Of a stretch of DNA of 64,000 bases, positions 30,947 through 41,677 are shown piece after piece. Source of the stretch: Planctomycetota bacterium. GTDB taxonomy: Bacteria > Planctomycetota > B15-G4 > SIAN01. The position numbers were made by a program, and so were the translations under genes. The stretch lies in contig JANNXA010000020.1 of assembly GCA_031409275.1 (NCBI GenBank), forward strand, positions 1-64,000, read 5' to 3'. The notes beneath the pieces are model-generated. The model was not told the DNA's origin and did no database searches. It saw only the letters and a program-made list of their open reading frames with translations. The first letter of the stretch is position 1; each line of letters starts with the position of its first letter.

Positions 30947-32278
30947 ATGCATCGTCTGAGTCGTGCGTGGTTCACCTTGATCACCGCGATGGCGGTGGTC
31001 GGTTGCAATCGCGCCTTCCGTTCGCGCGCAGTCCCGGCGCCCGCGCCGAGCGAGAGCTTCGAACTCACCTTCGCGTTTGCGGGCGGTGGCTCGGAAGCGA
31101 CGGTCGTTTCCGGCGACGCCGCAACGGTCGAACTGGCGCTGCCCACCATCGGCTACCGGAAAGTCGTCGACGTCGGCGCCGACTTCGTCGACGCCTCGCG
31201 CCTCTCGATCGCGCCGAGCGTCGACCTTGGCGATCCGCAGGCCGGTGGCGTGCCGCTCGGGACCGATGTCGCGGCGGAGCTCGCCGCGGCGGGGCGGCTG
31301 CATGCCGTGCGTTCCGCCGATGGTCGCGCGGCGGTGCAGGTCGTGATCGACGAAGCTGACCTCGCGCCCTTCCCGATCGGCCGCATGCTCTGGTCGATCG
31401 TCGTGCTCGACGACGTCGATCGCGCGGCGCTGCCGCTCTACGTCGGACTCACGGTGCGCGCGCCCGACAAGCCGACCGCCACGCTCGCGCTCGAGATTCC
31501 GCCCTTTCAATCGACCGTGCCGACCGCGATCTCACTGCCGCTCGATGGCGACGGCGTGCCCTTCACCGGCTCGCAGCTCCCGTTCGTCCTGTCACTGCGG
31601 GCGATCCCCAACTTCGACAGCGGCGCCCGCTTCGAGCGCCTCTTTCCGGACGGCCTCGTCGACCCTGCCCGCCTCTCGATCGTCGCGGATCGCGACCTCG
31701 GCGACCCGGCGGCCGGCGGACTCGCGGCGGGCGAGAACCTCGCGCCGCTCGTCGGCATCGACCTCGACCTGCTGGTCGACGAGGCCACCGGCGAGACGGT
31801 GGCGTCGCTCCTCTTCCCGTTCGATGGCAGCTACCTGCCCGCCATCGGCGACACGACGTTCCATGCGAACGTCCTCGACGACGCCGATGTCGTCTCCTTC
31901 GATGCGACCACGATCGTTCGCGTCGTGACGGCGGTGACGCTTTCGGCAGACGTCCAGCCGATCCTGAGCAGCCGCTGCGCCTCGGCCGCCTGCCACGACA
32001 ACGTCGGCCCGGCAGCGGGGATGCGACTCACGACGGGCAACACGTTCGGTGACGTCGTTCGCGTGCGCTCGGGGCAGACGCCCTCCGACTCGTGCGCGCT
32101 CTTGCGCATCGACCCCTACTTCCTCGACTTCTCCTACCTGTGGCGGAAGGTCAACAACACCCATCGCGGCGATTGCGTGAAGGGCTCGGGCAGCAAGATG
32201 CCGTCGACGGGCAGCCTCACACCGGCGCAACTGGCCACGATCGAAAGCTGGATCCTCCAGGGCGCGCATGACCGCTGA
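30947..32278 (+). CDS. Lipoprotein with duplicated beta domain and C-terminal cytochrome c-like domain (CX4CH)
   Basis: Lipobox VVGC; internal repeat RLSI....DLGDP.AGG; RCASAACH...KMP....LTPAQLATIESWILQGA. Confidence 0.75.
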   Translation: MHRLSRAWFTLITAMAVVGCNRAFRSRAVPAPAPSESFELTFAFAGGGSEATVVSGDAATVELALPTIGYRKVVDVGADFVDASRLSIAPSVDLGDPQAGGVPLGTDVAAELAAAGRLHAVRSADGRAAVQVVIDEADLAPFPIGRMLWSIVVLDDVDRAALPLYVGLTVRAPDKPTATLALEIPPFQSTVPTAISLPLDGDGVPFTGSQLPFVLSLRAIPNFDSGARFERLFPDGLVDPARLSIVADRDLGDPAAGGLAAGENLAPLVGIDLDLLVDEATGETVASLLFPFDGSYLPAIGDTTFHANVLDDADVVSFDATTIVRVVTAVTLSADVQPILSSRCASAACHDNVGPAAGMRLTTGNTFGDVVRVRSGQTPSDSCALLRIDPYFLDFSYLWRKVNNTHRGDCVKGSGSKMPSTGSLTPAQLATIESWILQGAHDR

Positions 32279-33767
32279 GGTGCGCTGCCGTCGCGAGCGC
32301 GCGTCGTTCGCCGCGGCGGTGGGCGGCGCGCTGCTGTTCGTCGTCGTCGGAGCCGATCGCGCGCAGGCGGCGCCAACCGAGCGCTACGCGCAGCGCGAGG
32401 GGCTCTCCTGTGCCGCCTGCCACGTGGCGGCGAGCGGGGGCCCGCTCACCGCGTTCGGACGCGATTACCGCTGGCGCGCACCGCTCGTCGAGGACGGCGT
32501 TCCGCCCGCGCAGGCCGATGTCGAGCGCGGTGCCGATGCGACCGGAGCCGGCGCGGCGACCTCGACCGCGGCTCCTTGGTGGGGGCGTTGGTCGGGAGAG
32601 GCGTCGATCTACGGCCGCGGCGGTCGCGATCGCGCGTTCGGCCAACCGACGCGCAACGCATCGCTCACCGAATCGCTGCGATTGCGCGGCGACACGTTGT
32701 TCGGCAACGAGGCGCTCTCGTTTCGCGGCGAGGGCTTCGCGCAGTCGCGCGACGCCAGCGGCTCCTTCAGCTCGGAGGAAGAGACGCTCGATTTCTCGGC
32801 TGCCGAGGTGACCTGGCGCGGCAGTTCGCGCGGCTCGTTCGTGCGCTTCGGACGGCAGTTCGTGGTGGCCGGCGCCGCCGTGCAGCGGGTCGACGGGGTG
32901 GCGTTGCGCCAGCCGCTCGGCGGGGCGTTCGAGCTCGATCTCTTTGGCGGCGCGCCCACCGATGACGGCATCGGCGGGCGTAACGGCGATCGCATCGGTG
33001 GCGGCCGCCTTGGCGCGCTGCTCGGTTCGGCGCTGAAGCTCGGTGCGTCGGCGTTCTATGCGCAGGATCACGGTGACGCGAGCGACGTGAAGGGCGGCCT
33101 CGATCTGCAGTGGAGCCCGACGCGCTCCTTCGAACTCTTCTCGCATGCCTACTACGACTGGATCGCCGACGAGATCTACGACGCGCGCGCGCACGCCGTG
33201 TGGACGCCCTCGATCGCGTGGCAGGTCGCCCTCGATTGGACCCACGCGATCCCTGGCCTCTTCGTGCCCAAGAGCTCGATCTACTCGGTCTTCTCCAATG
33301 AAGCGTACGACGAGGGGGGCGTCACGCTGACCCATCGCTTCGACGCGGCCCTCAGCGCCAACCTCTTCGGTCGCCACACCGACTACGAGAGCAGCGAATC
33401 GCTGACGCAGGCGGGGGGAGGCGTCGATGCGCGCTACGGGCCCAATGGAGAGGACGCCGTCGGTGCCGAGGCGGGCTGGCAGGACGAGTCACGCGACAGC
33501 CTTGGCGGCAGCTCGACCGATGCCGACGCGCTGTTCGTGCGGGCGTATCACCTCTTGTGGTGGACCGCGGCGATCTACTCCTCGCTCGACACGTCGCTGC
33601 AGTTCGTGAAGGACACGGCGTTCGGACGCGATGCGGCGCTGGCGCGGCTGGCGGTCGGCTACGACCCGCACGGTGCGTGGGATCTCCAGGTGGGGACCGA
33701 TTGGGTGCGCGATCCGGAGTTCGAGGATCGCCTCGACCTCTTCGCCCGCCTGCGGTTGCGTTTCTGA
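32268..33767 (+). CDS. Outer-membrane beta-barrel with N-terminal monoheme (Cyc2-like cytochrome-porin fusion)
   Basis: Signal peptide; ERYAQREGLSCAACH...PLTAFGRDY; amphipathic beta strands; C-terminal beta-signal ARLRLRF. Confidence 0.75.
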   Translation: MTAEVRCRRERASFAAAVGGALLFVVVGADRAQAAPTERYAQREGLSCAACHVAASGGPLTAFGRDYRWRAPLVEDGVPPAQADVERGADATGAGAATSTAAPWWGRWSGEASIYGRGGRDRAFGQPTRNASLTESLRLRGDTLFGNEALSFRGEGFAQSRDASGSFSSEEETLDFSAAEVTWRGSSRGSFVRFGRQFVVAGAAVQRVDGVALRQPLGGAFELDLFGGAPTDDGIGGRNGDRIGGGRLGALLGSALKLGASAFYAQDHGDASDVKGGLDLQWSPTRSFELFSHAYYDWIADEIYDARAHAVWTPSIAWQVALDWTHAIPGLFVPKSSIYSVFSNEAYDEGGVTLTHRFDAALSANLFGRHTDYESSESLTQAGGGVDARYGPNGEDAVGAEAGWQDESRDSLGGSSTDADALFVRAYHLLWWTAAIYSSLDTSLQFVKDTAFGRDAALARLAVGYDPHGAWDLQVGTDWVRDPEFEDRLDLFARLRLRF

Positions 33768-33768
33768 G

Positions 33769-34932
33769 ATGGGGCTCCTGATGCTGATGGTGGAGTGCCG
33801 GGATCGGACGTCGGTCGCGCGTTCGCGCCGCCGAGCGCTGGCGTTCGCGGGCGCGCTCGCGCTCGCCGTTGCGGCGTCGTGCATCGTCTTCACCGGTCGA
33901 ACCGGCGATTCGATCCGCTTCTCCGAAGCGGCGCACGCCGTGGTGATGAGCGACTGCGACGCCTGCCACGAGGGGATCGCCGGCCATCAAGTCGACTCGA
34001 CCACGCGGCGCTCGCTCGAGGCGAAGTGCATCGCCTGCCACGAGCCGAAGCGCGATGACTGCGCTTTCTGCCACAGCGATGTCGCCAACGCGGGCGTGCT
34101 GCCCGAACGCGAGCGCGCACTCACCTTCAGCCACGAGACGCACCTCGAGCGCACCAGCGGCGACTGCGCCGTCTGCCACGAAGGGGCGCATGGACTCGGC
34201 TCGGAGGGGGCTGCAGGAGCCGCGGCGTCGACCGTGCTGCCGACGATGCCGGCGCACGCACAGTGCTTCTCCTGCCACGAGATGCAGGAGTTCTACGACC
34301 AGCTCGATTGCCGCAGCTGCCACGAGGATCTCGCCCGCTACGGTCTGTTGCCCTACGAGTCCTTCACCCATGCTGGTGACTTCGTCGGTCGCGGCCACGG
34401 CGAACTGCTGCGCTCGACCGGAAACGCCGCGGTCTGCGCGCAATGTCACGAGGCGTCGTCCTGCGACGATTGCCATTTCGCCAACGGCGGCTTCGACGCG
34501 TTGCGCCTGCCGCCGGCGGCGCGCCTGCCGGAGAAGGCGCACCTCGGCCTGATCCACCGCGGCGACTATCTCTTCCGCCATCCGTGGGAAGCGCGCGCGG
34601 ACTCGGCCTCGTGCGTGAAGTGCCACTCGCCGGGCTACTGCCGCGACTGCCACGACGAGCGGGGCCTGTCGCAGCGCGCCGCGCTGACTCGCTCCGACGG
34701 CTTCCAGTTCCATGGGCCCGGCGTGCTGTTCAAGGGGTCGCCGGAGTACCACGGCACCGCCGCTCGCCGCGATCCGCTCTCCTGCGCGGCGTGCCATGAC
34801 GATGGCGCCCGCGGCAACTGCACCGACTGCCATGCCGAAGGAGCGTTCGGCGGCAATCCTCATCCACCGCACTGGAAGAGCCGGCTCGACAAGCGCGGTG
34901 CGGCGGTCTGCCGACTCTGCCACGTGAAGTGA
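33769..34932 (+). CDS. Multiheme c-type cytochrome lipoprotein (13 CxxCH)
   Basis: Lipobox-like AASC; 13 CxxCH motifs counted (CDACH, CIACH, CAFCH, CAVCH, CFSCH, CRSCH, CAQCH, CDDCH, CVKCH, CRDCH, CAACH, CTDCH, CRLCH). Start could be 33781 or 33787. Confidence 0.92.
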   Translation: MGLLMLMVECRDRTSVARSRRRALAFAGALALAVAASCIVFTGRTGDSIRFSEAAHAVVMSDCDACHEGIAGHQVDSTTRRSLEAKCIACHEPKRDDCAFCHSDVANAGVLPERERALTFSHETHLERTSGDCAVCHEGAHGLGSEGAAGAAASTVLPTMPAHAQCFSCHEMQEFYDQLDCRSCHEDLARYGLLPYESFTHAGDFVGRGHGELLRSTGNAAVCAQCHEASSCDDCHFANGGFDALRLPPAARLPEKAHLGLIHRGDYLFRHPWEARADSASCVKCHSPGYCRDCHDERGLSQRAALTRSDGFQFHGPGVLFKGSPEYHGTAARRDPLSCAACHDDGARGNCTDCHAEGAFGGNPHPPHWKSRLDKRGAAVCRLCHVK

Positions 34933-34945
34933 CTCGCGCGCGCGC

Positions 34946-36565
34946 TCACCCGTCGCAGCGATAGAGGCGCAGGAACGGCCCTGGACGCTCGAATCCGGCG
35001 AAGTTGGCGTACGGCACGTAGAAGAAGTCGTGGCGGTCGAAGCACGGCGTGAGGCGGGCGCGAGCGGCTTCCGGCGCGAGCGGTGAGAAGCTCTTCCACT
35101 CCTGCAGCGATCGCGCCAGCCGTTCGGACAGCGCGGGCGAGGCGTCGAACGGCGACAGCAGCCAATGGTCGGCCGTGACGAGGTAGCGATAGCCCGCCTT
35201 CTGCAGCGCCACCTTCGGTTCGACGTCGCCGGCCAGCAACTTCTCGAGGAAGGCGCGGTCCCGCGGCTCGATGCGCGGATCGCCGGGCGGCCACGAGTAG
35301 CGACCGATCCACAGCACGCGCTCGTCGCCGGCGACCTGCGCGCCGATGAAGTCGGCGGCGAGCAGGCGCGTGTCGCGCGCCATCAGCAGCTCGTTCGTGC
35401 GGACGAGGCGGCCGATCGAGAGGGCGGCGACGGCGGCGGCGATGAGCCACGTCGCCGGGCCGCGAACATGGAGCGGCAGGCAGCGCGTCGACGTGACGAT
35501 CGCGCGCGCGGCGAAGAGCGCGGCGAGCGGGGCGAGCGGCAGCATGTAGCGCGCGAAGGTCTGCGTGCCGCTGCCCATGCCGGCGTAGTAGGCCAGCGCG
35601 AAAAGCACGACGATGGCGTCGCCGCGCTGCCGGCCGATGCCGCTGAGCAGCAGCCCTGCGAGCGCCGCGAGGACGTACGGCCCGCCGAGCCCCAACCACA
35701 ACGTGAAGCTGGCGTTCGTCGCGAAGCCGCGCTCGGCGAAGCTGGCGTGCGCCGTCGTCTTGTGCGTGAACTCGAAGAGCACGTCGTCGAGGAAGCGCTG
35801 CGGCTCGATCAACGTGAAGGGGTTCAGCACCACGAACGCGACGGCGGCGCAGAGGCCGGCGATCAGCAGCGCGCCAGCGCCACGGCCGAAGCGCACGGCG
35901 ACTCCGCGCGCCGCCGTGCCGACCTCGCCGCGGGCGGGTGCGAACGCTTCGAACAGCAGCGGCGCCGCCAACCAGATCGCCGGCTGCTTGATCGATGCGG
36001 CCACGCCGATGGCGGCGCCGCACAGCGCGAAGCGGCGCTTGCGCGGCATCTCGATCGTGCGCACCAGCAGCAGCAGCACGCCCGTCGTCGCGAACGTCAG
36101 CGCGGCGTCGGTGACGCCGAAGTGGCAGTCGCGACTGTGCAGGTGGCTGACGGCGAGCAGCGCCGCCGGCACCAGACCTTGGGTCGTCGAGCCGAGTCGG
36201 CGCGCGAGGAAGAAGAGCAGCAGCACGGTGAGCACGCCTGTCGTGGCCGACATGACTCGGCTGACCCAGAAGGCTGCGGAGAGGTTCGCGGGCGCCGTGG
36301 GGGCCGGTGGCGCTTCGTCGGTGGCGAAGCGGATGCCGGCGTTCACCATCGGGAAGAGCGCCGGATAGGCGAAGTTCGGCGGGCGCCAGTCGCCGCCCAG
36401 CTGGCGCGTCGCGTGGCCGGCCCCGCGATTCTCGTCGGGCCGCGCGTACGGCAACGAAAGGCCGAAGTCGAGCCCGGCGAAGCGCGCCACCGCCGCGAGT
36501 GCGAGGATCGCGAGGAGCGCGAGCGCGGTGCGCCGGCGCGCCGGCGCGATCTCAGTGGTCGGCAT
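34946..36565 (-). CDS. GT-C glycosyltransferase (ArnT/PMT-like, GT39/GT83)
   Basis: RPDE motif in the first loop, YPAL, many TM helices, SIK, RYMLP. Confidence 0.8.
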   Translation of the reverse strand: MPTTEIAPARRRTALALLAILALAAVARFAGLDFGLSLPYARPDENRGAGHATRQLGGDWRPPNFAYPALFPMVNAGIRFATDEAPPAPTAPANLSAAFWVSRVMSATTGVLTVLLLFFLARRLGSTTQGLVPAALLAVSHLHSRDCHFGVTDAALTFATTGVLLLLVRTIEMPRKRRFALCGAAIGVAASIKQPAIWLAAPLLFEAFAPARGEVGTAARGVAVRFGRGAGALLIAGLCAAVAFVVLNPFTLIEPQRFLDDVLFEFTHKTTAHASFAERGFATNASFTLWLGLGGPYVLAALAGLLLSGIGRQRGDAIVVLFALAYYAGMGSGTQTFARYMLPLAPLAALFAARAIVTSTRCLPLHVRGPATWLIAAAVAALSIGRLVRTNELLMARDTRLLAADFIGAQVAGDERVLWIGRYSWPPGDPRIEPRDRAFLEKLLAGDVEPKVALQKAGYRYLVTADHWLLSPFDASPALSERLARSLQEWKSFSPLAPEAARARLTPCFDRHDFFYVPYANFAGFERPGPFLRLYRCDG

Positions 36566-39029
36566 AGCCCAGCCCGCGCAGGCGCTCGAGCTCGACGGCG
36601 CCAAGCTCGCGCGTCTGCACGTTGCTGCCGGGCAGGTCGGCCGCCTGCTCCGTCAGCTCGGCGATGCGCGCGTCGAGTTGCGCCGTCAGCGCTCGCAGGC
36701 GCGCCGGATCCTCCTGCGCGACGTCTTGCGTCTCGCCCGGATCGGTGTCGATCCGATAGAGGCGCACCTCGGACTCCTCGCCGACGCCGCGCCAGCGCAT
36801 CAGCTTCCACGGGCCGACCACCAGCGCCTCGCGGCTCTTGGGTTGCCCGACCGGGCCGAAGAGCAGCAGGTGCGCGCGCTCCTGCGCATCGCTGCCGGCG
36901 TCGGGCGCGAACTGGTCGCGGGCGAAGTCGAGTGGCTCGGGCGGGAGATCGAGCAGCGCCGCGAGCGTCGGCGAGACGTCGGCGAGGTCGACTCGATCGG
37001 GGCGCACGAGGCCGGCCGGGACGCCGGGGCCGCGCAGCAGCCACGGCACGCGCGTCGATTCGCCGAACAGCTCGAGACGGTGGCCGAACTGGCCGTGTTC
37101 GAGGTGCTCCTCGCCATGGTCGGCAAGGATGCAGACGATCGTGTCGTCGTCGAGGTGCAGCGCCGACAGCTCGTCCAGCAGCCGCGGGATCAGCGTCGCA
37201 TCGGTCTCGAGCAGGGCGGCCGCGTAGAGCTTGCGCAGACGCGCGAGCGCGGCGTCGTCACCAGCCATCGCGAGGTCGCCGAGGATCAGGGGTTGGTCGT
37301 TCGCGACCGCCGCGTTCGGATCATCGAGGCGCGCGAGGTATTCGGGATGGGGGTAGTAGTTGTGCACGAAGAAGGTGTGCACGAAGAGGAAGAAGGGCTG
37401 CTCGTGGTGGGCGCGCAGCCACTCGAGCGTCGGAGCCAGCGTGTCCGCCTCGCTGGCGCGCGCGGCTCGCACCTCGGGCTTGCCGTGGTCGTACTTGGTG
37501 AGGCCGCAGGGGTCGTTGACGCTGTAGTAGTCGAAGCCCAGCCCGAATCCGTTGCGCGGCACCATCGGGCCGCCGCCGGTGAACGCCGCGGTCGAGTAGC
37601 CCATCTCGCGCAGGCGCGCGCCGATCAGGCGCGAGCGGATCGGGTCGATGAGTCGCGGTGCGGCGATCATGCCGTGCAGGATCGGGTGCTGCCCCGACAT
37701 GAGGCTCATGTGGGTCGGCAGGGTCCAGGACGACGGCGAGACGACGTCCTCGAAGCGCGTGCCCTGCGCGGCGAACGCGTCGAGGTGGCGCGTCAGCCCG
37801 CGCGTGTCGCCGTAGCAGCCGAGCAGGTCGGCCCGCGTCGTGTCGAGCGAGATCAACAGCAGGTTCTTGCGTCGAGGTGCCTCGCGCGCGCCGAGCAGCT
37901 CGGGCACGCCGAAGCAGCCGACGACATCGGCAGCGGCGGCGGCAGTGGCGAACTCGACGACGACCGAGCGACCGGCGAGTCGCGCCAGGTCGACCTCGAT
38001 CGGCGCGAGCGTCGCCGGCTCATCGAGCGGAGCAGCCTCCTTGCGACCGCGCCAGATCTCCTTCCCGTCGGCGCGGACCACGAGCTCGACCGACTCGCCG
38101 CGCCCCGATCCGAGCGCCGCTGGCAGGAACCGCAGGCGCGCGCGCTGCGCCGGGATCGTGACCTCGAAGGCCACCGACACTTGCGGCGGCACGAGCAGCG
38201 CATCCACCGTGGCGTCGCCGACGTCGAGCACGCGGCGCAGCGGATGGCTCGCGGCATCGCCGGCGAGACGCGGCGTGAAGTGGACGCGCGCCGGCCTCGT
38301 GAGCCGGCGCACTTCGATGCGGTCGACCTCGACCCCGGCGTTCGACGGCAGCAGCGAGAGGCTCAAGCTCTGGCGACCTTCGCGCGGCGGCACGAAGAGC
38401 GAGAGCTCCTGCCAACCGCCGAGCGACTCGCTTGCAAGGAGGCTGCCGCGCCGCGCGGCGATCTCGGTCTTCGGCACCGAGCGCAGCATCGACGCGAGAC
38501 CCGCCGCGTCGGGCGCGGCCGCGGACAGGGAGGCGAAGACGAGCTCGGCGCCGCGCGAGCCGACGGGCGCGCGCATCCGCGCGTGGACGAGGTAGCACTC
38601 GTCGGCGACCGCCGGGATCACGGCATGCAGGCCGCCGCTGTCGGCAGCGATCGAGATCCCATGGCCGCCCTCGATCGAGAGGAGGTCGGCACGCGCGTGA
38701 TGGGGGAGTTCGGCGTCGGCGGCGATCGCGTCGAGCCACTCGCCATCGAACCAGGGGAGGGTCGGCGCGGCGTCGAAGTCGTCCGCGAACTGCAGCGCGC
38801 CGGCGCGCGCCGGGTCGCCGTCGATGCCGCGCAGATCGCCTGCGATGACCGCTTGCGCGAGTCGATCGAGCAGCGACGCGCTCGGCTGGTTCACGCGCGC
38901 CGCGGCGAGCGCTGGCGCTGCCTTCTCGCGTTTCGCGTCGGCACCGCTGCAGCAGGAGAGCAGCGCGCAGGCCGCGGCGGAGAGGAGCGTCACTGAGATT
39001 CGGTGGGGAGGGTTCATCGCGTTCTGCAT
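36552..39029 (-). CDS. Sulfatase-like (alkaline phosphatase superfamily) lipoprotein
   Basis: Lipobox LSC; NLLLISLDTTRAD, WTLPTH, FVHTF.VH, ADHGEE..EHG..GH, LRGLGY. Confidence 0.88.
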   Translation of the reverse strand: MQNAMNPPHRISVTLLSAAACALLSCCSGADAKREKAAPALAAARVNQPSASLLDRLAQAVIAGDLRGIDGDPARAGALQFADDFDAAPTLPWFDGEWLDAIAADAELPHHARADLLSIEGGHGISIAADSGGLHAVIPAVADECYLVHARMRAPVGSRGAELVFASLSAAAPDAAGLASMLRSVPKTEIAARRGSLLASESLGGWQELSLFVPPREGRQSLSLSLLPSNAGVEVDRIEVRRLTRPARVHFTPRLAGDAASHPLRRVLDVGDATVDALLVPPQVSVAFEVTIPAQRARLRFLPAALGSGRGESVELVVRADGKEIWRGRKEAAPLDEPATLAPIEVDLARLAGRSVVVEFATAAAAADVVGCFGVPELLGAREAPRRKNLLLISLDTTRADLLGCYGDTRGLTRHLDAFAAQGTRFEDVVSPSSWTLPTHMSLMSGQHPILHGMIAAPRLIDPIRSRLIGARLREMGYSTAAFTGGGPMVPRNGFGLGFDYYSVNDPCGLTKYDHGKPEVRAARASEADTLAPTLEWLRAHHEQPFFLFVHTFFVHNYYPHPEYLARLDDPNAAVANDQPLILGDLAMAGDDAALARLRKLYAAALLETDATLIPRLLDELSALHLDDDTIVCILADHGEEHLEHGQFGHRLELFGESTRVPWLLRGPGVPAGLVRPDRVDLADVSPTLAALLDLPPEPLDFARDQFAPDAGSDAQERAHLLLFGPVGQPKSREALVVGPWKLMRWRGVGEESEVRLYRIDTDPGETQDVAQEDPARLRALTAQLDARIAELTEQAADLPGSNVQTRELGAVELERLRGLGYADH

Positions 39030-40204
39030 CAGCCAAGCACCGAGAAACCGTAGGCGCCGCTCTGCGTCACGCCGCGTGCGAAACGATCGGGCGCGAAGAA
39101 GGCAGGCTCGAACGGACCGCAATCGCCGCCGCGGACCAGGGCCGTGACGGCGTCGCCGACGCTCGGCCCGAGCTTGAAGCCATGGCCGCTGAATCCCGCC
39201 GCGACCCACAAGCCGTGCGTGCCCGGCACCGCGCCGATCAGCGCCTGCGCATCAGGCGTCACCGTGTAGAGCGCCGAGACGCCGCCCCAGCAGACGGCGT
39301 CGGCGTAGGCGGGCGTTCGCCTGGCCACCCGCGCCTGCACGTCGGCGAGGAACGCGCCGCTCACCCCTTCGTCGTAGCGGTCGGGGTCGGCAACCTTCTC
39401 GTCGCGGTCGTAGGCGAGGTTGCCGACGCGCGTGAAACCGGTCGCCTCGCTCTTCCAATAGGTGCCGTGGTCGAGGTCGGCCCAGATGCAGCGGTCGCTG
39501 CCGTAGCCGGTCGGCGGGATGAAGAACGCCTGCTCGGGCCGGATCGCCTGCAGCGGCAGCTCGCTGCCCACCGGTGCGAGCAGCGCCGCCGACCACGGTC
39601 CGCCGCAGACGATCAGTGTGCGCGTCGCCACGCGGCGCCCGTCGGCGAGGCGCACTCCGGTGACGCGACGCGCACCGTCCGCCTCGATCGCGGCGACCCC
39701 GACTCCCTCGTGCAGCAGCGCACCGGCGGCGCGCGCTTGCGCCGCGGCCGCCGCAAGGGCGAGGTGCGGCACGACGAACGACGCCTCCGATTCGAAGGCT
39801 CCGACCGCTTCGTCAGCGAAGCGAGCGCGCGGTTCGAAGCGCCGCAGCGCCGCCGCATCGAGCAGTTCGACGACGACCCCGAGGCTTTGCTGGAGCGCGA
39901 CGTTCTTCGCGAGGTTCGCGCGCTCGCCGCCGCTGTGGACGAAGGCCATGCCGGGGTTCGCGAAGCCGATGCCGCCCGGCGTCCGTTCGTGCAACTCGCG
40001 GTAGCGCTGCAGGCTCGAGCGCGCCATGCGGATCAGCGTCGCATGCGAGTAGTGCTGACGCAGGATCGCGCCCGACTTCCCCGACTCGCCGGCGCCGAAG
40101 CCTCGCTTCTCGAAGAGCTCGACGCTGCCGACTCGGGCGGCGGCCAGGCTCCACGCCACGTGGAGTCCCATGATCCCGCCGCCGATCACCACGACGTCCG
40201 CCAT
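39029..40204 (-). CDS. FAD-dependent oxidoreductase (DAO/sarcosine oxidase beta-like)
   Basis: VVVIGGGIMG, SGKSGA, Y.VTPD...IG, GFSGHGFKLGP. Confidence 0.9.
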   Translation of the reverse strand: MADVVVIGGGIMGLHVAWSLAAARVGSVELFEKRGFGAGESGKSGAILRQHYSHATLIRMARSSLQRYRELHERTPGGIGFANPGMAFVHSGGERANLAKNVALQQSLGVVVELLDAAALRRFEPRARFADEAVGAFESEASFVVPHLALAAAAAQARAAGALLHEGVGVAAIEADGARRVTGVRLADGRRVATRTLIVCGGPWSAALLAPVGSELPLQAIRPEQAFFIPPTGYGSDRCIWADLDHGTYWKSEATGFTRVGNLAYDRDEKVADPDRYDEGVSGAFLADVQARVARRTPAYADAVCWGGVSALYTVTPDAQALIGAVPGTHGLWVAAGFSGHGFKLGPSVGDAVTALVRGGDCGPFEPAFFAPDRFARGVTQSGAYGFSVLG

Positions 40205-40243
40205 CGCGCCGCCTCCTTCGCGTCCGCCGCGCGCCCGAATCGG

Positions 40244-41666
<1,423 letters not shown>

Positions 41667-41677
<11 letters not shown>

